A stretch of DNA of 54,189 nucleotides from Bacteroidota bacterium (GTDB lineage Bacteria; Bacteroidota; Ignavibacteria; UBA10030; UBA6906), in the NCBI GenBank assembly GCA_049670805.1, contig JBATTW010000158.1, positions 1-54,189 of the forward strand, read 5' to 3'. Every line of letters starts with the position of its first letter. Position 1 is the stretch's first letter. A model generated the notes under the pieces. It saw nothing but the letters and a program-made list of their open reading frames with translations, searched no databases and had not been told where the DNA came from. Positions 16,742-25,775 of the stretch are shown piece after piece. Made by a program: the position numbers and the translations under genes.

Positions 16742-17724
16742 AGCGGAGGTTTCCCTCCGGCGACGTGGTCTCGCCCCAGAATCTCCAGAAACACATCCTC
16801 GAGGGTCGCGCGCCCGACCTCGAAGCGAAGTATGGTGTGCCGGTCCGACAGGTTCTTGAGAATGTTCAGAGCGGAGAGTTCGTTCCCCTTGACGCAAATC
16901 TCGGCGGTGTTGTGTTTGTAGGTGAGCTTCAGAAGCGGGAGTTGCTCCAGTTCGTGGAGGATAGCGTCGTCAATGGTTTCAAAAGTGATGCTCATGTCGA
17001 AGGCGTGCGAGGAGAGCGATTTTATCATTTCCAGATTGCCCTGGGCTATCGTCTTGCCGCGATCCACAATGGCGATGGTGTCGCAGAGCTCCTCGGCCTC
17101 CTGGAGGATATGGGTGGTCAAGAAGATGGTCCTGCCCAGAAGCGCCTGCTCCCGGATTGCCTCGATTGTCCCCCGTTTGCTGATGGGGTCCATTCCTGTC
17201 GTTGCCTCGTCGAGGAAGACCACCGGCCTGTCGACCATGAAAACTTTTGAGACCTGCACGCGTCGTTTCAGTCCCCCGCTGAGATCGATAACCTTCTGAT
17301 TCCTGTACTCGTCAAGCCCGAACTGCTCCAGTACGCTCGCCACACGCTGTTTGATTTCAGGATGCGGGATGGACTGAAATCTGCCGTACGTTGCCAGATT
17401 GTCAGCGACCGAGAGATAGAGCTCAACAGCGTTCTCCTGCAAAACGGTGCAGATCTGTTTGCGAACTTCGTAGGGGTGTTTGACGACATCCAGTCCCATG
17501 ACTGATGCCGAACCACCGGTGGGTTGAATGAGGGTTGTAAGAATCCGGAGGAGGGTGGTCTTCCCCGCACCGTTGCGTCCGAGCAGGCCGAAGATTTCAC
17601 CCTGCTCCACACGCAGGCTCAGACCGTCCAGGGCCCGGACGGATTGCCCGCCCTTCTTCGTGTAGATCTTGAGGAGGTCTCGAACAAGTATGGCAGGCTG
17701 GGTCGTGTTCATAGGTGCGGGCAT
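16738..17724 (-). CDS. ABC transporter ATP-binding protein
   Basis: Walker A GRNGAGKTT, signature LSGGLKRR, Walker B VVFLDEATTGMD. Confidence 0.9.
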   Translation of the reverse strand: MPAPMNTTQPAILVRDLLKIYTKKGGQSVRALDGLSLRVEQGEIFGLLGRNGAGKTTLLRILTTLIQPTGGSASVMGLDVVKHPYEVRKQICTVLQENAVELYLSVADNLATYGRFQSIPHPEIKQRVASVLEQFGLDEYRNQKVIDLSGGLKRRVQVSKVFMVDRPVVFLDEATTGMDPISKRGTIEAIREQALLGRTIFLTTHILQEAEELCDTIAIVDRGKTIAQGNLEMIKSLSSHAFDMSITFETIDDAILHELEQLPLLKLTYKHNTAEICVKGNELSALNILKNLSDRHTILRFEVGRATLEDVFLEILGRDHVAGGKPPL

Positions 17725-17867
17725 AATCTATGAGGATAGACCAGCATAGTCAAGGAGAACGGGTCAAAATAGCGTGTTTTTGAGGCCTTCGGAGGCTCCT
17801 GGCCGCAACATCGCTGCCATTCTGACGTATATGTGACAGAGGGATTACCTAAAGACCCGGTGGATTT

Positions 17868-19730
17868 ATGAAACGTTCAGTACCGATGCTTCTCGTTTTG
17901 GGTACCGTCAGCTTCCTGGCCTGTGCGGGAGAAAAGACGGTGGTCTCCCTGAAGGACTTCTGCAACGCAGAACTGAAGTCAATGGGCCTGGAAGTCGATA
18001 GGTCGACAACGTTCCATGTCAAGGCACTCGGGGGTGGCGGCAGCAAAGGCTGGACCTACAAGAGCGATAGGATGTTTGCCTATGGGTGGATTATCGACGC
18101 CGAAACCCGTGACCTCGTCTGGAAGATGAGCGTTCGGAACACTGAGCAGGATGGTGACGACAGAGTTTTTGATGGGGATGTGACCCTCAGTCGCGGTTCC
18201 TATGAGCTCTATTTCACGGTCTACGGATTTGAGTTCCATTCCACGTTTAAACACATGGTTGTCAACATCGACCATCGGACCGAACATCTTTTTGGCGGCG
18301 GATTCGGGAAATCGGACAAGGGGTTTTTTCAATGGTTCTCCGAGTGGTGGTCCGATGATCTGGAGGATGACTGGAGGGAGCGCTGTAAGAACTGGGGGGT
18401 CGAGCTGCGTGTCGATGAAGATTCCCGCGGGATGATCAAGACCTTTACGGCACCGAAACGGAACGCAAACAGTCTCTTTCGGGCGGTAGCACTGGGAGAC
18501 GGGGAAGTGGTCCGGGAAGGGTTTTCGCTTTCTGAAAGAACGACGCTCAACATCTATGCACTGGGTGAGGGGCAGAAGAAATCAGACTTTGCCGACTATG
18601 GATGGATTGTGGGCCGTTGGGACCGCAAACGCGTCTGGGAGATGAAACCTTCGAATGCTCAACACGCCGGCGGTGCGAAAAAGAACATTCGCTACAACCA
18701 CCGTGTAACTCTTGACCCTGGCGAGTATGTGCTCTACTACATCACTGATGACAGTCACTCGGCGGCCGACTGGAATGATCAGCCCCCCTACGATCCGCTC
18801 AACTGGGGGATCACACTCTCGGCAACGTCAGCGACAGACAGGGAAAACTTTCGACCCTATCCCTACAAGGAAATCGACAATGTCATTGTGAGCCTGATCG
18901 GAGTCGGGGATGATGAGTACCGGAGCGAAGGGTTCACATTGAAGCGCGATACCAGAGTGAGAATCTATGCCATTGGAGAGCGTGGCTACTCCCGGAGGAA
19001 AATGGCGGACTACGGCACAATCCTTGACGCGCGGACGCGCGAGAAGGTCTGGGCAATGGATGGCGATGAAACGTATCATGCGGGTGGCGCGTCGAAGAAC
19101 CGGTACTTCGACGGGGTGATACGGCTTCGTGCGGGAAGCTACATTACCGGCTACTCCTCGGACGATTCACATTCCTCCGACGACTGGAATGCCGAGAAGC
19201 CGTTTGATGTGGAGAACTATGGGATCACCGTCATGGGTGCGGACAGAGATTTCGATCGGGCGGTTGTATCCGGGTTTGTCGAGGAGAGAGACCGTGGCGT
19301 ACTGGCACAGCTCGTCAGGGTCAGGGACAACGTGAATCTCCGGGAGGGTTTTACACTCGACCGGACGACCCGGGTTCGGATTCACGCGATCGGCGAAGGT
19401 GTGAATCGGCAGATGTACGACTTCGGATGGATCGAGGACGCCGAAACCGGCGCGGTTGTGTGGGAAATGACCTACGCAATGACGTTTCATGCTGGCGGCG
19501 GCAGGAAGAACAGGACAGTCAATACCACCTTGATTCTTGAGAAGGGTGACTATACGTTGCGATACCGCAGCGATGACTCTCATTCGTACGGACGGTGGAA
19601 CGTTCAGGCACCCGAGGATCCTGAATACTGGGGCATTACTCTTTACCGGGACGAGCCGACGGAGCCGCTACCCCCGACACCGGGAGGGGCGGAACCGCCT
19701 CCGGCTCCAAACCCTCCGCGCGGAAAATGA
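17868..19730 (+). CDS. Putative lipoprotein composed of four copies of an unrecognised ~137-aa module
   Basis: Signal/lipobox-like MKRSVPMLLVLGTVSFLAC. Four modules share EGF(T/S)L..T.V.I.A.GEG...D(Y/F)GWI.D..T...VWEM....HAGG..KN....V.L..G.Y.L.Y..DDSHS..WN...P.DP..WGITL. Pro-rich C-terminal tail. Confidence 0.7.
   Translation: MKRSVPMLLVLGTVSFLACAGEKTVVSLKDFCNAELKSMGLEVDRSTTFHVKALGGGGSKGWTYKSDRMFAYGWIIDAETRDLVWKMSVRNTEQDGDDRVFDGDVTLSRGSYELYFTVYGFEFHSTFKHMVVNIDHRTEHLFGGGFGKSDKGFFQWFSEWWSDDLEDDWRERCKNWGVELRVDEDSRGMIKTFTAPKRNANSLFRAVALGDGEVVREGFSLSERTTLNIYALGEGQKKSDFADYGWIVGRWDRKRVWEMKPSNAQHAGGAKKNIRYNHRVTLDPGEYVLYYITDDSHSAADWNDQPPYDPLNWGITLSATSATDRENFRPYPYKEIDNVIVSLIGVGDDEYRSEGFTLKRDTRVRIYAIGERGYSRRKMADYGTILDARTREKVWAMDGDETYHAGGASKNRYFDGVIRLRAGSYITGYSSDDSHSSDDWNAEKPFDVENYGITVMGADRDFDRAVVSGFVEERDRGVLAQLVRVRDNVNLREGFTLDRTTRVRIHAIGEGVNRQMYDFGWIEDAETGAVVWEMTYAMTFHAGGGRKNRTVNTTLILEKGDYTLRYRSDDSHSYGRWNVQAPEDPEYWGITLYRDEPTEPLPPTPGGAEPPPAPNPPRGK
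17973..19646 (+). repeat. Protein-level tandem repeat, 4 modules (approx. 17973-18413, 18474-18824, 18882-19238, 19299-19646)
   Basis: Modules 2-4 align without large gaps at a ~136-139 residue period. Module 1 is diverged and carries a ~50-aa insertion rich in W/F/D (FFQWFSEWWSDDLEDDW). Confidence 0.7.
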
Positions 19731-19755
19731 AGCGTGTCAGGTAGTCTGGCACGCT
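19731..19755 (+). terminator. Stem-loop immediately after the stop codon (terminator-like, weak U-tract)
   Basis: AGCGTGTCAG-GTAGT-CTGGCACGCT forms a 10-bp stem with one G-U pair, followed by CTCTCCTCTGTTTC. Confidence 0.4.
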
Positions 19756-19789
19756 CTCTCCTCTGTTTCAGTTCTGTACGCCTTCCAGA

Positions 19790-19818
19790 TTGATTCTCGA
19801 GCGCTGATTCTCTACCTT
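19790..19818 (+). promoter_or_regulatory. Candidate sigma70-type promoter TTGATT-17-TACCTT
   Basis: Hexamers at 19790-19795 and 19813-19818, ~29 nt upstream of the GTG start at 19847. Confidence 0.3.
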
Positions 19819-19846
19819 TTCCCAATCAACACAAGGGCGGGCAAAA

Positions 19847-20929
19847 GTGAAACGTTCGAGAAGAGAGTTCCTGCAGAAATCATCTATCGTGGGCGTTGGT
19901 GCACTGGTCTCCTCCACACTTTGCGCCTCTGGAGGAGCAAGTCGGGGCACGATCCAAGCGTCGGGTCCGGCCGTCATCGCCAGCGGAAACGGCCTCCGGT
20001 CTGTGGAAGAAGCGATGGATCTCATTCAGGGAGGTGCCGATGCGCTGGATGCAGTGATCGCAGGCGTCAATATCCTCGAGGAAGACCCCGAAGACACTTC
20101 TGTGGGTTATGGTGGCCTGCCAAACGAGGAGGGGATCGTAGAACTTGATGCGGCCGTGATGCATGGGCCCACACACAGTGCCGGAGCCGTCGGGGCGCTT
20201 CGGAACATCAAGACGCCATCCAGGGTTGCCCGTCTCGTCATGGAGCGAACCGACCACGTGCTGCTTGTAGGGGAAGGGGCGTTGAGGTTTGCCAGGGCGC
20301 ATGGATTCCCGGAGGTGGATCTTCTTACAGAGAAAGCACGGAAAGAGTGGTTGCAGTGGATCGAAACCCACTCCGGAGAGGATGATTGGTTGCCACCCGG
20401 GAAGTTCGGCCGTCGGGAGACAGATGCGCCGGCAGAGTCTGAAGAGAGTGCCCCGCCAGCGTTGAAGCGCGATGGAGGAACCATTCATTGCAGCGGCATC
20501 GATATGGAGGGAAACATCTCCTCCGTGACGTCGACGAGTGGGCTGGCGTTCAAGCTTCCAGGACGCGTGGGAGACTCGCCTATTATCGGGGCGGGACTCT
20601 ATGTGGATAACGAAATCGGTGCGGCAGGTTCAACCGGGAGAGGTGAGGCGACACTCGCAAACTGCAGTTGCGTTATGATAGTGGAGTACATGCGGCGAGG
20701 ACGGTCACCCGAGGAGGCATGCCTGCAGGCATGTGTGGACATCGTGGAGCACAACAAGGAATCCCGGCTCCGTGACAGGAGGGGATTGCCGACATTCAAT
20801 GTGAGATTCTACGCCATCAACAAGCGGGGTGACAGTGGCGGAGCAGGGATTTTCAAAGGGAGCTCCTATGCGTTCCATGACGGCCGATCAGCTCGTCTCA
20901 TCCCCCTCCCATACATCTACGAGAAGTGA
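19847..20929 (+). CDS. N4-(beta-N-acetylglucosaminyl)-L-asparaginase (glycosylasparaginase, Ntn hydrolase), Tat-exported
   Basis: Twin-arginine signal MKRSRREFLQKSSIVGVGAL. Autoprocessing/nucleophile region GGTIHCSG and TSGLAFKLPGRVGDSPIIGAGLYVDNEIGAAGSTGRGE. Confidence 0.85.
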   Translation: MKRSRREFLQKSSIVGVGALVSSTLCASGGASRGTIQASGPAVIASGNGLRSVEEAMDLIQGGADALDAVIAGVNILEEDPEDTSVGYGGLPNEEGIVELDAAVMHGPTHSAGAVGALRNIKTPSRVARLVMERTDHVLLVGEGALRFARAHGFPEVDLLTEKARKEWLQWIETHSGEDDWLPPGKFGRRETDAPAESEESAPPALKRDGGTIHCSGIDMEGNISSVTSTSGLAFKLPGRVGDSPIIGAGLYVDNEIGAAGSTGRGEATLANCSCVMIVEYMRRGRSPEEACLQACVDIVEHNKESRLRDRRGLPTFNVRFYAINKRGDSGGAGIFKGSSYAFHDGRSARLIPLPYIYEK

Positions 20930-20968
20930 CACCGTCGATTTTTTTTGCGAATATCGTCCTTTGGGATA

Positions 20969-20997
20969 TTGACATTTGAGACGTTCGTGCGTATCCT
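20969..20997 (+). promoter_or_regulatory. Candidate sigma70-type promoter TTGACA-17-TATCCT
   Basis: Perfect -35 hexamer at 20969-20974 and -10 at 20992-20997, upstream of the dehydrogenase gene. A T8 run at 20942-20949 lies after the preceding stop. Confidence 0.4.
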
Positions 20998-21157
20998 GAA
21001 ATGGTGATATTTTCCGATTTCTGAAGTACAACCAAGAGGAGGACTGGACAAACACCAGGCGGATTCTCCCTGCGTGGTGGCCCGGGTTCCTGTGGGGCCT
21101 CTGCGGAGAACGGGATCAAGGAATCCGACAAAGCTCAGAATCAATGAGCGAGGGTGG

Positions 21158-23104
21158 ATGAATCGATTGCTACTGCTTTCTGCCATACTCATTCTTGGCT
21201 GTTCCTGCACCGTGTCGGTTGTCGCCCAACCGTTCAGGGTTGATACCGTCGCACGGGCTCCGTATGCGCAATACCCGGTGTCCATCGATTTCGCGGCTGA
21301 CGGGAGCGGCAAGATCTTCTTCACAGAGAAGAAGACAGGCAGACTTCGTATCCACGACGGTTCCCTCATACCGGAGCCCTTTCTCGTCGTCCCGGTCGAG
21401 AGCGACGGAGAACAGGGTTTCCTTGGCCTCGCAGTACATCCCTCCTACCCGGACAGCCCTTACATCTATGTCTACTACACGAGGAGCATTGACCGCTCGA
21501 ATGTCGTGGAACGTTACCAGGACTCAAGTGGTGTAGGCATACGACCGCGACCCCTGTTGATCGTACCACGACTCGATGACGGGGACGAGAACAACGGCGG
21601 TACAATGGGGTTTGGACCGGATGGCAAACTCTACATTGCGGTTGGAGACTACGGCACCCACCCGGAGAACGCTCAGGATCTTACCACACGACGAAACTAT
21701 CGAGGGAAGATTCTTCGTCTGAACGACGACGGATCGGTCCCTGATGACAATCCCTTTCCAGATTCTCCGATCTGGTCCTACGGACACCGCAATCCGACAG
21801 GTCTGGCATTTGATGCAGCAACGGGACTCCTGTACTGTACCGAAAGCGGGCAGGGGGGGAGAAACGAGATCAATGTTGTGACAAAGGGAGCGAACCTCGG
21901 GTGGCCTGATGCTGCTCGAGACAAAGACCAGCGGATCTTCAGCTTCACGGGCCGAGAGCTTCCCGACTTAACCGGGATCGTTCTCTATCAGGGAGAAGCG
22001 TTCCCGAGACTTCAGGGGAAGTTTCTGTTTGGCGGGACCGCTCATCGCTCGTTGATGATGGGTGAGTATACCCCCGAAGGGGATTCCATGGTTGTGGAAG
22101 AATTCTTTACGACAAACGCAGGATTTGCGGATGTGGAGGTGGATCCTGGTGGAAACATCTATCTCGTCAACGGTCCGTATATCTCTAGCAGAATCCTTCG
22201 ACTTGTTCCCGTAAAACCTGAGTTTACATCGATCCCTCTTGAGCGAGCATGGCAGGACACGCTGTACGAATACACACCAGAGTTCACCGGGACCCCCCCT
22301 CGCTTGTCGATAGTCTCCGGCCCGGAAGGCATGAAGATAGATTCGGCCGGGCTGGGCGTGCAGTGGGTTCCGTCGAATGATCAGGCTCTCGATGGTACCC
22401 ACATGGTTACCTTGCGTGGGGAGAACGGGGCGGGCTATGCCGATCAGACCTTCCCGGTTGAGGTCATCAACGTTAACGATCCCCCCGCAGGGTTCGGCCT
22501 TCTCAATCCTTCCAACGAGGAGTTGATCACGCTTGAGGACTATCCCTCGGGCGTGCTATTCACCTGGGAGCAAGCTGAGGATCCGGATGGAGACAGCATC
22601 CAGTACATTTTCGAGCTGGACACCCTGCACACCTTTCGGTTACCGCTCAGACAAGACACCCTCTCAGGGGATACGGACTCGATTCGTGTTCGGTTGCCCG
22701 ATGGTGCGATGAACTACTACTGGAGGGTCTGGGCGACCGATGGCAAGATCACGCTGTTGAGCACTCCGGACGTCAGACTGGTCACGGCGGATGTGCTCCT
22801 GCCGGTACTTGCAGCGGCGGAGCTGGAAGAAGACGCGGACCCGGAGTCGATTCTGGAACAGAATTTCCCGAATCCGTTCAATCCGACGACAAGCATTCAA
22901 TACACGGTACCGCGTGAAGGAAGGGTTCGTCTCTCTGTGTACAACCTCCTTGGGCAGGAGGTCGCCGTCATCTTTGATGGGACACAATCAGAAGGGATCT
23001 ACTCGGTGGAATTTGACAAAGCCGATCTGCCGAGCGGGATCTACTTCTATCGTATCCACGGCCCGGGATTCTTTGAAACAAAAAAGATGGTCATTGCCAA
23101 GTAA
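21158..23104 (+). CDS. PQQ-dependent (soluble glucose/sorbosone dehydrogenase-type) beta-propeller protein with Ig/cadherin-like domains and a T9SS C-terminal sorting domain
   Basis: Signal peptide MNRLLLLSAILILGCSC. GSDH motifs GFLGLAVHP and SYGHRNPTGLAFD. He_PIG/cadherin-like segment ...VEVINVNDPP. CTD starting LEQNFPNPFNPTT. I use the ATG at 21158. Confidence 0.85.
   Translation: MNRLLLLSAILILGCSCTVSVVAQPFRVDTVARAPYAQYPVSIDFAADGSGKIFFTEKKTGRLRIHDGSLIPEPFLVVPVESDGEQGFLGLAVHPSYPDSPYIYVYYTRSIDRSNVVERYQDSSGVGIRPRPLLIVPRLDDGDENNGGTMGFGPDGKLYIAVGDYGTHPENAQDLTTRRNYRGKILRLNDDGSVPDDNPFPDSPIWSYGHRNPTGLAFDAATGLLYCTESGQGGRNEINVVTKGANLGWPDAARDKDQRIFSFTGRELPDLTGIVLYQGEAFPRLQGKFLFGGTAHRSLMMGEYTPEGDSMVVEEFFTTNAGFADVEVDPGGNIYLVNGPYISSRILRLVPVKPEFTSIPLERAWQDTLYEYTPEFTGTPPRLSIVSGPEGMKIDSAGLGVQWVPSNDQALDGTHMVTLRGENGAGYADQTFPVEVINVNDPPAGFGLLNPSNEELITLEDYPSGVLFTWEQAEDPDGDSIQYIFELDTLHTFRLPLRQDTLSGDTDSIRVRLPDGAMNYYWRVWATDGKITLLSTPDVRLVTADVLLPVLAAAELEEDADPESILEQNFPNPFNPTTSIQYTVPREGRVRLSVYNLLGQEVAVIFDGTQSEGIYSVEFDKADLPSGIYFYRIHGPGFFETKKMVIAK
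22855..23101 (+). other. T9SS type-A C-terminal sorting domain (CTD) coding segment
   Basis: LEQNFPNPFNPTTSIQYTVPREGRVRLSVYNLLGQEVAVIFDG...GIYFYRIHG...KKMVIAK. Confidence 0.8.
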
Positions 23105-23160
23105 CGCGTTCTGAAGGAACACCCGCGCAGCACGTTTCCCGCCTCAGGCCCATCGACCGC

Positions 23161-24393
23161 CTATCGAACGCGTTTGACAACCACTAGCGTCTTGTCATCG
23201 GAGTATGACCCCAGGCGACTGTACACCTGCACTTCCTGGAGGATCAGCTGGCAGATCTCCTTGGGCGGCCGTGCTCTGTGTTGCAGGAGTGATTCGACGA
23301 GTCGTTGCTCGCCGTACATCTCCTGACGATCGTTTGCGGCCTCGACGATGCCATCGGTGTAGAGCAGAAGGATGTCACCCTTGTGCATGAGCGCAACCTC
23401 AAACTGGTACTGTTCTTCGGGGAAGGGGCCGATGAGCTGGCCCGTTGCCGGGAGGGTCTCCACAGCATCGTTCTCAGCTCGGAGGAGAACAGGGTTGCTG
23501 TGACCGGCGTTGACGTAGAGGACGATGCCACGCTCCGAGGCGGTCAATTCTGCATAGACCAGCGAGATGAATTGCTCGGGGGTAAAGGTCCTGTGAACGA
23601 GCCGGTTGATACGTGAAACGAGCGTGCTGATCTTTGTTTGGAATTCTGCCCCCATCCGGAGCGCGCCGGAGACATAGAGAGCCTGCGCGGCGGCAGAAAG
23701 CCCCTTGCTTGCCGCGTCCCCTATGACCACTCCGAGGCGGTCTCCATCGCCCGGGGCCTGAAGGTAGTCAAAGAAGTCGCCGCCCACCACCCTGTCCGGC
23801 AGGGATACGCCGTACATGTCATACTGATGGAACCGCATCTCGTGTTCGGGGAGGATGCTCTTCTGAATGTCGTGCGCTCTATCCAGATCAGCCTCCAGGA
23901 GGCGGGCTTTTGACTCGATATGCCGGTTGCGGAGGGCCGATGTGAGGGCGTGACCGACGATGTTGAGGGCGTACCGCATATCGTCTTCCATGAAATCGGC
24001 GTTGACCCCGATGACGTACTGGTAGAGCTTCTGGCCCTTCCAGGAGACCTTCTCCCCCACCCCCGTGGCGGAGTACAATTTGATTCCCATCTTGCGAAGA
24101 TAGCGACTGGTTTCCTTTGCGAACACCGTCCCTTTCCGGTGCAGCTGTAGAAACGGCGGATAGTCGGATACGTGAAGGCGAAAATCCTTTGCAATAGGCG
24201 TCATCTTGCCGTATTGTCGTGAAAGGCGGTATGTACCCTCCGCCGCCTGAAGTGTCCAGATGCGGCCCCCCTTGATCGGAATCTCCTCGCTGTGGATGAT
24301 GTTCCGAAGAACGTGGGCGAGCAACTGCTCGTCGCTTCGAAACTTCTTCTCACCGAGAGCTTTTATTGTACGGTACAGTCTGTGCTGGTCCAT
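23161..24393 (-). CDS. PP2C/SpoIIE family protein phosphatase with N-terminal sensor-like domain
   Basis: GGDFFDY, GDAASKG and LLLYTDGIVEA motifs in the C-terminal half. Confidence 0.85.
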   Translation of the reverse strand: MDQHRLYRTIKALGEKKFRSDEQLLAHVLRNIIHSEEIPIKGGRIWTLQAAEGTYRLSRQYGKMTPIAKDFRLHVSDYPPFLQLHRKGTVFAKETSRYLRKMGIKLYSATGVGEKVSWKGQKLYQYVIGVNADFMEDDMRYALNIVGHALTSALRNRHIESKARLLEADLDRAHDIQKSILPEHEMRFHQYDMYGVSLPDRVVGGDFFDYLQAPGDGDRLGVVIGDAASKGLSAAAQALYVSGALRMGAEFQTKISTLVSRINRLVHRTFTPEQFISLVYAELTASERGIVLYVNAGHSNPVLLRAENDAVETLPATGQLIGPFPEEQYQFEVALMHKGDILLLYTDGIVEAANDRQEMYGEQRLVESLLQHRARPPKEICQLILQEVQVYSRLGSYSDDKTLVVVKRVR

Positions 24394-24402
24394 AGGTCCG
24401 TT

Positions 24403-25071
24403 TCATTCATGATACTTCTTCTCCCCTGCCCGGATGGGGATGTCGATATGGTCCTCCTCCCGTGGAATGGCGCAGGAGAAGATGCTGCTGTACGCGCAGT
24501 AGGGATTGTACGCCTTGTTAAAATCAACGACATATTTGAATAATGGTTTTGTTACCTCGTTTCCGACATCGAGATATCGTCCTACCTCGTACGTTTCCTT
24601 GCCGTTGGTCTCGTCGGTGAACCAGACACTCAGGTTGTCCCGATATCGGGTGTAACGCGCCGGGTCGTGTGGAGTGAATTTGTACGCATTGAGTTTGATG
24701 GTCTTCGGTTCACCGTCCGGATCGGGTATGGTGAAGAGGAAGTAACCGTACTTGAGCTGCTTTTGTGCCTCCCCCCGGGTGCCCATTACGGTTACCGTCT
24801 CGGGGTGAGTGTAGTGGTGCAGTTCGGACACACCCCGGAGACGAGGGTCGATGGGGAACCACCGGATGCCCTGGTACGAGACTGATGTGTCGCGGAAAAA
24901 CGGGGAAGAAGGATTGGTGCGATAGTACTCATCCATTCCTTCCCGGTGTCGGAGATTATCCTGTACGATGGCAAGACTATCGGCGGAGGTCAGCTGTGGC
25001 ATTGCCGGTTTTCGACTGCACCCGTAAGTGAGGGCAATCACCAGTATTGCGACAAAATAGAGGTTCTTCAT
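24403..25071 (-). CDS. DUF1684 domain lipoprotein
   Basis: Lipobox ALTYGCS. C-terminal NPYCAYSSIFSCAIPREEDHIDIPIRAGEKKY is typical of DUF1684. Confidence 0.75.
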   Translation of the reverse strand: MKNLYFVAILVIALTYGCSRKPAMPQLTSADSLAIVQDNLRHREGMDEYYRTNPSSPFFRDTSVSYQGIRWFPIDPRLRGVSELHHYTHPETVTVMGTRGEAQKQLKYGYFLFTIPDPDGEPKTIKLNAYKFTPHDPARYTRYRDNLSVWFTDETNGKETYEVGRYLDVGNEVTKPLFKYVVDFNKAYNPYCAYSSIFSCAIPREEDHIDIPIRAGEKKYHE

Positions 25072-25109
25072 GCGCTGGCCAGCTCCAGGATGGTGAAGGA
25101 TGACGGAAC

Positions 25110-25775
25110 CTAAAGACCGAATCTGTTCAAGATATGGTTTACCTTCCCTTTCAGTCCCAGCCTGTACCCGTGGCGGTCCGCCGTTCCCCGTCCTTCGTGA
25201 AGAACATAGTCTTCAATCGGAAAATCGATGAACTCCAGTCTCTTCTGGCGTGCGGCCAGCATGTTCTTGAGACAGGGTGCACCGTGGCGTTCGAAGGCTG
25301 GAAGAGCGAGGTAGAGTTCCCGCTTGATGACCATACATGTCGGGCGGATGTACGGATGCCCCCCCGCATGCTCCGGTACGTCAAAGCCGCGTCCGTTCAT
25401 CCAGGTCATCTTCCCCACCGCGTAGCGTGCTGCTTCCCTGCCGCAGAGCTCCACCATCTCCTCCAGAAAACCACCCCGGAGAACAACACAGTCTGAGTCA
25501 AGGAAAAGGACGTATTCGCTCTCGAGCGTATTGAGTGCCTGGTCCATTGCCGGGCCGTGATGGATGTTTCGCCTATTGGCGAGAAACGTTGTTGTCTCCG
25601 GGTGGACACGCGCGAGCTGTGACAGCTCCTCCAGACTGCCATCCCGCGACCCGTTGTCGATGAGGAGGACGTGCAGATCATTATAGAAAGACCGCAGTGT
25701 GTCGAGTGCCCGTTGTGTGAGAGTGGGAGTCCTGAAATTGATGATGATCGCCGTTGTGCCGGGTGGTGTGCTCAT
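25110..25775 (-). CDS. Family 2 glycosyltransferase
   Basis: IIINFRTP...LLIDNGSRDGS...FLDSDC (DxD). ATGA overlap with the upstream C39-like gene. Confidence 0.8.
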   Translation of the reverse strand: MSTPPGTTAIIINFRTPTLTQRALDTLRSFYNDLHVLLIDNGSRDGSLEELSQLARVHPETTTFLANRRNIHHGPAMDQALNTLESEYVLFLDSDCVVLRGGFLEEMVELCGREAARYAVGKMTWMNGRGFDVPEHAGGHPYIRPTCMVIKRELYLALPAFERHGAPCLKNMLAARQKRLEFIDFPIEDYVLHEGRGTADRHGYRLGLKGKVNHILNRFGL

